From NCBI GenBank assembly GCA_024641335.1, contig JAHEDG010000007.1, positions 18,061 to 82,060 of the forward strand: a stretch of DNA of 64,000 bases. Reading direction: 5' to 3'. Shown in pieces: positions 29,587 through 36,284 of the stretch. This DNA comes from Candidatus Zixiibacteriota bacterium. GTDB lineage: Bacteria; Zixibacteria; MSB-5A5; UBA10806. The notes under the pieces were generated by a model that searched no databases, had not been told where the DNA came from, and worked only from the letters and a program-made list of their open reading frames with translations. A program made the position numbers and the translations under genes. Each line of letters begins with the position of its first letter. Within the stretch, counting starts at the first letter, position 1.

Positions 29587-31020
29587 ATGGGCGGGCGCGT
29601 ATTTTCGGGAGTAGCGATCGCGGTATTTGGTTTTTTTATAGCTCTTTTCATACTCTCCGATATGGCGGCGGCTCAGAATGAGTACTGGTCGGTGTCGGCG
29701 GCCAACTGGGGGCAATACTGGTATTTCAACGAGGGCAGGCGGGATTCTCTGGACAACAGATTTATAGTCGATTTCGATCTGGGGAATTTTTACACCGGCG
29801 CCTGGTTAGAGGTGCTGGAACCGGACCGTCCGGACGGGTCGTACGAAGAGATATCCCAAAGGTATTTCGGCTGGCATGAAGGCGGGCTGACTCTTCAGGC
29901 GGGGAATTTTTATCAGGCGTTCGACAGGGGTCTTTCGCTCAACGCGTTTTTGGATGACGCGGTATATTACGATAACAATTTGGACGGGATCAAGGTTACG
30001 GGGCTGTACGACGGATTCGAGTTCGATATGCTGTCGGCTCGGGGGATGAATAATTTCACCGGCGATCGGGATTATATTATCCGGGGGGTTCGCGGGAAGA
30101 TCAAGCCGTTCGAGGCGGCCCGGGCTGGATTTTCGTATGTACGATTCAAGCAGAACGATTTTTCCGATTTCAGCCTGTCGCAGAACGCCAATATCACATC
30201 GTTTAATTCGGGGGTTTCTTACGGTCCTCTGGATATTTACGCGGAGTACGCGATGAAGAGGGGTCGTCCGGAGTTCGGGCAGGATATCGACGGGGACGGC
30301 ACCTACCTGACCGGTTCAATGAGTTTCGAGCTATTCAGCGTATTCGCCGAATACAAGAACTACATAAATCTACTTTACCCCAATGTTAACGGGGCGTTCA
30401 ATAATCCTCCGCCGGTCAGCCATCAGGGCCGCAATTTAGCGTCCTTGAATGGAGTTCCCGGGGAAAGAGGTTACCAGGCGGGGCTGTATATATCTCCGAC
30501 TTATGATTTGAATTTCGATCTTTCATTTTCCGAATCGTTTTCCCGCGGTTTTCCTGTAGATTACTACCTGGCGGAGAAATTCGCGGGGGCGCGCTGGAGC
30601 CCGACATCGGAGATAGTTCTGAATTACAGTTTCGACCGTTTTGACTGGACAATCGAGGATGAGATCGAGAATTACTTCGACGCCTATTACAATCTGACAG
30701 AAAACCATACGGCGTCACTCACGGCTTATTCCAAAAGATTCATCCCGTCGGCGGGAGAAGATTACCATGAGGATTACCTGATATTGGGATACGGTCTGGC
30801 CAACAGGGCGCAGTTCAATATCGGTGGTTCCAAATCGAATTTCGACGCGGGTTTCGATCCCGACAAATTGGCGTTTGCCGAGCTAATTATCCGATTCAGC
30901 AATCATGAACTGATAATTTTCAACGGCGGCGAACGCGGCGGTTTGATCTGCTCGTCAGGACTCTGCCAGAACCGTCCGACATTCATAGGCACGCGGATGA
31001 TGTTATTTTCGAGATTTTAA
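29587..31020 (+). CDS. Putative outer-membrane beta-barrel protein (possibly DUF6029-like)
   Basis: The ATG directly abuts the tlpA stop. N-terminal hydrophobic signal, alternating-strand composition, a Cys pair near the C-terminus (CSSGLCQNRP), and a terminal aromatic ...LFSRF. Confidence 0.45.
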   Translation: MGGRVFSGVAIAVFGFFIALFILSDMAAAQNEYWSVSAANWGQYWYFNEGRRDSLDNRFIVDFDLGNFYTGAWLEVLEPDRPDGSYEEISQRYFGWHEGGLTLQAGNFYQAFDRGLSLNAFLDDAVYYDNNLDGIKVTGLYDGFEFDMLSARGMNNFTGDRDYIIRGVRGKIKPFEAARAGFSYVRFKQNDFSDFSLSQNANITSFNSGVSYGPLDIYAEYAMKRGRPEFGQDIDGDGTYLTGSMSFELFSVFAEYKNYINLLYPNVNGAFNNPPPVSHQGRNLASLNGVPGERGYQAGLYISPTYDLNFDLSFSESFSRGFPVDYYLAEKFAGARWSPTSEIVLNYSFDRFDWTIEDEIENYFDAYYNLTENHTASLTAYSKRFIPSAGEDYHEDYLILGYGLANRAQFNIGGSKSNFDAGFDPDKLAFAELIIRFSNHELIIFNGGERGGLICSSGLCQNRPTFIGTRMMLFSRF

Positions 31021-31132
31021 GGGGCAATGATGGGCCGGTTTATCCAGGCGAGAAACGATAAATGTTATTGTTTTTTTTAGAAAATGCCGTATTATTGTAA
31101 AAAGCCGGAATTTTTTAAGTGAAGGAGGTTTG

Positions 31133-32188
31133 ATGAGCATCGTTAAGGGAACAGCCCTGGCTCTGGGAGTATCGTTAATACTTCTTTTTGTCAGCGCGCG
31201 GGCCGCGGACAGGCTGGTCGTTGGCGAGATGCTGACGAACACGTCGTGAAGCTACTGTTATCAAGCTGATCTGGTCTTAGATCAGTTGGCAGTAGACATG
31301 GAAGCCTTAACGGTTTTCATTCGTTATCATACGTGGTGGCCGAGCGCGAACGATCCGTTTTATGTGTACAATGTAACCGAGAACAGGGTCAGAAACGACT
31401 ACTACGGGAACAATTACACTCCTCATTTTTTCATCGACGGGGCGATTGACGCCGGCTCGAATCACGGGTCGTGGGGTTCTCGGATCGATGACCGGAGCTT
31501 GTCATGGGCGCCATTGGAGATGAGTATCGCCGGTGTTTACGATGAGGATACCCGCACGGGGCAATTCACAGTGACAATTTATGTGGAAGACGCTCCGGGG
31601 CTGGGTACGACGAGGCTGCGGATAGCGTTGACAGAGACAGATATTCAATGGAACGCTCCTAACGGCAGCCGGGTACATGATCAGACATTTCGCGATATGA
31701 TACCGTCGACCTACGGACAGCCGGTTACGTTGACCCAGGGAGAAACGCTGCAATATACGTTCGATCTGTCGGTACCTGAGCCTTTGAATCCCGACAACTG
31801 TATGCTGGTAGCGTTCGTTCAGTCCGATCAAAGCAGAGAGATCCTTCAGGGGGCGCGCAAAGCGGTTCCAGAGCTAACTCAAACAGCGATCGATGACGAA
31901 GTTTCCCTGCCGGAGAATCCGAGCCTTTTGCAAAATTATCCCAACCCGTTCAATGCCGGCACGAAAATCGATTTTTACACCCGCGGCGGCGATGTTCGGC
32001 TGACGGTGTATGATCTGAGCGGGGCGGCAGTAAGGACATTAGTGGATAATTCCCTTGAGGCCGGGCTCCATTCGATAGTATGGGACGGCACTGACGATGA
32101 AGGGCATGAGATTTCGTCGGGAGTTTATTTCTACCGTCTTTCCGATTCGGGCGGCGCGTCTACCAACAGGATGACGCTCCTCAAGTAA
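31133..32188 (+). CDS. Predicted secreted selenoprotein: thioredoxin-fold/Omp28-related domain with U-x-x-C motif (Sec at TGA 31247-31249) and a T9SS-type C-terminal domain
   Basis: GAAGGAGG at 31121-31128, ATG 31133, signal peptide MSIVKGTALALGVSLILLFVSARA. The frame is continuous through TGA 31247 into the ORF-track ORF 31286-32188. A SECIS-like hairpin follows the TGA. The C-terminus reads QNYPNPFNAGTKIDFY...GVYFYRLSDSGG...RMTLLK. Confidence 0.75.
31250..31295 (+). promoter_or_regulatory. SECIS-like stem-loop immediately downstream of UGA
   Basis: Lower stem CTACTG (31252-31257)/CAGTAG (31290-31295). Upper stem CTGATCT (31266-31272)/AGATCAG (31279-31285). Apical loop GGUCUU (31273-31278). 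The core is identical in the paralogue. Confidence 0.7.
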
Positions 32189-32215
32189 TATATTTTTAAG
32201 TTCGCCTTTAAGATG

Positions 32216-32250
32216 CTCTTCCGATTTTTCGGGAGGGCATTTTATATTTA
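32216..32250 (+). terminator. Rho-independent terminator after selenoprotein gene 1
   Basis: Stem CTCTTCCG/CGGGAGGG (contains G-U pairs) with loop ATTTTT, followed by a T-rich tail CATTTTATATTT. Confidence 0.55.
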
Positions 32251-32442
32251 GGGTGATTTCGCTCTAATCTCTGGCGGAGATATTTTACTAATGGATTTAA
32301 AATCGCGCGGGACGCGGGATTAAGAGTAATAATGGATCGATAAGAGTCATGTTATATGTCTGTGAGATATTTGGGCAAATAATTGTTGTTTTTATCTGAG
32401 ATGGTCATATATTAAAAAAAACTAACCGCTGAAGGAGGCTTA

Positions 32443-33498
32443 ATGAGCAACGTGAAAAGTTTGGTTTTCCTGGCACTAATAGGGGCGCTGTGTATATCGA
32501 CCGCCTCATTTTCGGCTGAAAGGCTGGTAGTGGGCGAGATGCTCACGAACACATCGTGAAGTTACTGTTATCAAGCTGATCTGGTCTTAGATCAGTTGGC
32601 GGTTTCGATGGATCGTGTCGCGGTATTTATTCGGTATCACGTATACTGGCCAAGCCCGAATGATCCATATTACGTTTTTAACCCGACCGAAAACAGGGCA
32701 CGGAACACTTATTATGGCAACAATTACACGCCTCATTTTTTCATAGACGGCAGCATTGACGGGGAGTACTACAACAACCAATGGCAAAACATGATAACCG
32801 CCCGGGCCGAAGTCAGTTCCCCGTTGATCATGGAAATCGGCGGCAGTTACGACGAAAATAACAGAAGCGGCAATATGACTGTTACGATATCGGCTGAGGA
32901 AACTCCGTCGCAATCCAATTTGAAATTGAGAGTCGCCCTGATTGAGAACGGCATCCGGTGGAACGCTCCTAACGGGAGTACGGCACATGAGCAGACGTTC
33001 AGGGACATGATTCCCAGTACGGCGGGCGAACCGGTTACTATTTCCGCTCATGAAACATTGGAATTCAGCTATGATTTTACCACCCCCAGTCCACTGGTAC
33101 CGGCCAATTGCGTTTTAGTCGCCTTTGTGCAATCGGATCAGAACAAGGAGATTCTTCAGGGGGCGCGTTCATGGGTCTCCCGTCTGACTCCGACTGAGGT
33201 TGAGGACGGCGCACCAATGCCGAATGAATTTTCATTGGAGCAGAACTATCCGAACCCGTTCAACGCCGACACCAGAATCGGTTTTATTACCGATGGGGGC
33301 GCGGCCGAATTGATGGTTTACGATTTGACCGGTTCGCTGGTAAAGAACCTGTTTAGCGATACTCCGGAAGCGGGATATCATTCGGTTATCTGGGACGGCA
33401 CGGATGAATCGGGTAATGACGCGGCTTCGGGAGTGTATTTTTACCGTTTAAAGACAAACGGCGAAGAGCAGATCAAGAGGATGACGCTTTTGAAATAA
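32443..33498 (+). CDS. Predicted secreted selenoprotein, tandem paralogue (Sec at TGA 32557-32559), U-x-x-C motif + T9SS-type C-terminal domain
   Basis: GAAGGAGG at 32431-32438, ATG 32443, signal peptide MSNVKSLVFLALIGALCISTASFSA. In-frame TGA at the same codon (39) as the first copy. Same 351-codon length. The C-terminus reads QNYPNPFNADTRIGF...GVYFYRLKTNGEEQIKRMTLLK. Confidence 0.75.
32560..32603 (+). promoter_or_regulatory. SECIS-like stem-loop immediately downstream of UGA (copy 2)
   Basis: Upper stem CTGATCT (32576-32582)/AGATCAG (32589-32595) and loop GGUCUU (32583-32588). A 38-nt block (32563-32600) is identical to 31253-31290. The lower stem is partly retained with G-U pairs. Confidence 0.7.
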
Positions 33499-33530
33499 GC
33501 GTTATCTGAATCATATTTTCAGAATCCAAA

Positions 33531-33558
33531 CCCTTCCGGAAAATTCGGGAGGGTTTTT
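33531..33558 (+). terminator. Rho-independent terminator after selenoprotein gene 2
   Basis: Stem CCCTTCCG/CGGGAGGG, loop GAAAATT, then TTTTT. Confidence 0.75.
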
Positions 33559-33612
33559 ATATTTCTTGATTATCCGTATTTTTATGGTGGGAAGAAAATT
33601 CTATAGTTCGAT

Positions 33613-34101
33613 TCAATTGAGATGAGAATTAATATTTTTATGTTTGACGGCGATTTGTCGGGCATAGGGGATTAATCCGCCCGATTCGAATATTTTCAGG
33701 ATAACATCAGGGAAGGCCTGGAATTTGGCCTGTCCTTTTTTGAAGGTGATACTGCCGGCGGCCAGATCGATTTTTATATTTTCGCCGTCTCTGACCTGAT
33801 CGAACGCCTGGTCATCGGAGATCAGGGGCAAACCGTTATTAATGCCGGATCTGAAAAAACCTCTGGAGAACGATGTGGCTACGACGGCGGCGACCCCGGC
33901 ATCCAACAGGGATCTGATAGCCTTGGAAGATAAATCTCCGATTTCATTTCCGAAGAATCCGGGGGCGATAACTATATCTCCGGGGCGGATATCAAACTCA
34001 TTTCTCCGGGCGATATCTTCAGGCGATCGCGGAGCCCATATCGATTCTATATGGGTTTTTTTTCCAAGCTTAATGACCCGTCCTTCGATAATTGATTTCA
34101 T
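33613..34101 (-). CDS. LeuD-like (aconitase swivel-domain) small subunit with degenerate substrate loop
   Basis: Alignable to archaeal-type LeuD (VAAVVATSFSRGFFRSGINNGLPLI, GGLIPYAR). However, GDNIDTD is replaced by GKKTHIE, and NFGCGSSREHA by FFGNEIGDLSSKA. Confidence 0.65.
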   Translation of the reverse strand: MKSIIEGRVIKLGKKTHIESIWAPRSPEDIARRNEFDIRPGDIVIAPGFFGNEIGDLSSKAIRSLLDAGVAAVVATSFSRGFFRSGINNGLPLISDDQAFDQVRDGENIKIDLAAGSITFKKGQAKFQAFPDVILKIFESGGLIPYARQIAVKHKNINSHLN

Positions 34102-35696
34102 CGTATATATTTCCTCGGATCAGCGACGGAGCCTTCGAGGGCAGTGGCGGCCGCGGTGGCCGGAGAGGCCATCATTAATTCGGTTTCTGTTGATTCGGCC
34201 AATCCGTTGGAGAAGCCGATGGCGGTGGTCAGGGCCCTCTCCCCTTTTTCCAGCATCCGGTTATGGTTATCAAGGCCGATTTTATAGCCAGGATTGACAA
34301 CCATGCATCCCGATTCCACGAAGATTTTCACGTAGCCTCTATCGATAGCTTCCAGCAGGATTTTTCTGGATCCGGGTACGATGATCATGCGAAGATCACG
34401 ATTGATTCTTCTTCCCCGGAGGATTTTAGCGGCAATCTCCAGATCATCGATATGTCCGTTGGCGTATGATCCGAGGACAACGAGGTCGACTTTTCGTCCG
34501 GCCACTTCCTCGATGGGCGACAGGCCTTCTTTTCTTCCGGCAAAAGAGATCTGTGGGGTCAGATAATTGATATCGATTTCTATTTCATCATTGTATTCCG
34601 CGTCGGGATCAGACCTGACCGGACTGTATTTCACTTTGGCTATTTTTCTCAGGTATCGGGAGACAGAATCGTCAAAGGGGGTTACGGCGGATTTAGCCCC
34701 TGTCAAGGCTGCCAGGCCGGTTAGTGTGAACCTCTCGGAGACAGACATGGCCGATACGGCGGGGCCGCAGAACTCCAGAGACCTGAATTCGTCTTTGTTT
34801 TTTGCCAGATCATGAATAATTTTGAGCATGATATCCCCTGGAAAAACGCCACGTCCCAATTTACCGCTAATTTCGATTTTATCGGTGGGCGGGATTTTGA
34901 GCCACATTCTGCCGGTCGCCCAGACGGCGGCCATTTCCGTTTCGGTAATTCCGACGGAAACCGCGCCCAGGCATCCATAGGAGATGGCGAAAGGGTCGAC
35001 TCCGAAAGCCAGCTGCCCGGGCAAAACATGGCCGTTTTCCACTACAACCTGATGACATATCCCTTCGCCGATATCGTAGAAGTGCTTGAGTTTTTGAATT
35101 CTGGCAAACTCCCGGATCGATTTTATGGTATCGATATCGTTATTGGACTCATGGTGATTATTCTGGTCGAGGACGATGACCAGTTTATCGGGATCCCAGA
35201 TTTTTCCGGCGCCGATTTTATTGAACTGTTCGATAACTTCGGCGGCGTTATTGCGGGTCATGACCAGGTCTGGTTCCACGTTGACTATTTGCTCTACATC
35301 AACGTTTTTAAGGCCGGATTTTCTGGCCAGGATTTTACGTATAACGGTTTCTTTTTTGGATGATTTTTTGCGACCGTTGTCGTTGAGGGCCAGCTCCAGT
35401 TGTTCGAGCCTTAGTTGTTGAGGCTTTCCTATGATTTCGTATCGTCGACGCCATTGTCTGAAGCCAGCGGCGCTGATCCCGAGCTCCGCCCCGGCCTTGG
35501 AATCGTCGCCGAATCTCTCCCAGCATTCCAGTATTTTATCTTCGTTGTACTTGGGATAGGAATAGGGGCCGATTTTTTTCTTGCTTCGCCAATAGGCGAC
35601 CAGGCGGGCAGGTACTCCATAGACCTCGCCGATTTTTTTATCGGAGTGGTATTTTTTTTGAAGTTCGAGCAGTTCTTTTTTTCTGGGAATCCTCAA
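34098..35696 (-). CDS. HTH-domain fusion to a LeuC/HacA-like aconitase-family large subunit lacking all Fe-S ligands
   Basis: Residues ~117-532 are collinear with archaeal-type LeuC (GICHQVVVENGHVLPGQ, ASPATAAATALEGSVADPR), but DSHT, GSCTNG, PGCxxC and STSNRNFxGR are all substituted. The N-terminal ~115 aa contain two HTH-like units. The only available start is non-ATG (TTG 35696). Confidence 0.7.
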   Translation of the reverse strand: MRIPRKKELLELQKKYHSDKKIGEVYGVPARLVAYWRSKKKIGPYSYPKYNEDKILECWERFGDDSKAGAELGISAAGFRQWRRRYEIIGKPQQLRLEQLELALNDNGRKKSSKKETVIRKILARKSGLKNVDVEQIVNVEPDLVMTRNNAAEVIEQFNKIGAGKIWDPDKLVIVLDQNNHHESNNDIDTIKSIREFARIQKLKHFYDIGEGICHQVVVENGHVLPGQLAFGVDPFAISYGCLGAVSVGITETEMAAVWATGRMWLKIPPTDKIEISGKLGRGVFPGDIMLKIIHDLAKNKDEFRSLEFCGPAVSAMSVSERFTLTGLAALTGAKSAVTPFDDSVSRYLRKIAKVKYSPVRSDPDAEYNDEIEIDINYLTPQISFAGRKEGLSPIEEVAGRKVDLVVLGSYANGHIDDLEIAAKILRGRRINRDLRMIIVPGSRKILLEAIDRGYVKIFVESGCMVVNPGYKIGLDNHNRMLEKGERALTTAIGFSNGLAESTETELMMASPATAAATALEGSVADPRKYIR

Positions 35697-36187
35697 GATT
35701 TCCCTCTCAGGCTGTCGAAACCGGGTTTGAAGAGCAGGTATATCTCATCTAATGAGAAGGATTGGACTCGGGCGTTGCCGGCAACAGGCATGAAATTATT
35801 ATCTCCCAGAAACCTGGGGACGACATGGATATGCAGATGGTCTTTAATTCCGGCTCCGGCTATCGCTCCGAGGTTCATACCGATATTGAAACCATCGGCG
35901 GGCATGGCTTTTTTAATAATGCTGACGCAATTTCTGGCCATGATATTCATTTCGCTCCATTCGGATGAGGAGAGCGATTCGATTTCCCCTTTATGAATTT
36001 TTGGGACGACCATCAGATGGCCGGAGTTATAGGGATATTTATTCATAATAACGAAGCATTTCTTCCCCCTGTGGAGGATCAAATTCAAACGATCGGATCT
36101 TTGTTTGATCCGATTGCAGAAGATACATCCTTTTTCCTTAGGACCCATGATGAAATCCCGTCGCCAGGCGGCCCATAAAATATCCAT
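35693..36187 (-). CDS. HIT family (histidine triad) nucleotide hydrolase/phosphorylase
   Basis: LWAAWRRDFI...CIFC N-terminus, NKYPYNSGHLMVVP, and the histidine triad DHLHIHVVPR. Start chosen at ATG 36187. The TGA stop overlaps the TTG start of the next gene. Confidence 0.8.
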   Translation of the reverse strand: MDILWAAWRRDFIMGPKEKGCIFCNRIKQRSDRLNLILHRGKKCFVIMNKYPYNSGHLMVVPKIHKGEIESLSSSEWSEMNIMARNCVSIIKKAMPADGFNIGMNLGAIAGAGIKDHLHIHVVPRFLGDNNFMPVAGNARVQSFSLDEIYLLFKPGFDSLRGKS

Positions 36188-36284
36188 AATGGTAATGATA
36201 AAAATAGAAAAACGGGATCGCAAATCAAGGGAATTCTGAATCGGGGGCGATAAATAGAGGATAAAGTATCAATCGAAGAGGTTA

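Noticed and set aside
31003-31242. 79-aa minus-strand ORF covering the intergenic region and the 5' end of selenoprotein gene 1.
   Set aside because: It is antisense to a well-supported RBS/ATG/signal-peptide segment, has no RBS, and has low-complexity basic composition.
31247-31249. The in-frame TGA explained by an alternative genetic code (TGA = Trp or Gly), or by a pseudogene or sequencing error.
   Set aside because: TGA terminates nuoL, nuoM, nuoN and other well-conserved genes at their expected ends, so the code is standard. The same TGA occurs at the same codon in both diverged paralogues. In both it sits inside a U-x-x-C context and is followed by an identical hairpin.
31286-32188. 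ORF-track call of a 300-aa protein starting at TTG 31286, and its twin at TTG 32596, taken as complete genes.
   Set aside because: Neither TTG has an RBS, and both lie inside the 3' arm and flank of the conserved hairpin. The products would lack a signal peptide despite having a secretion-type C-terminal domain. A strong RBS, ATG and signal peptide lie 153 nt upstream in the same frame, interrupted only by one TGA.
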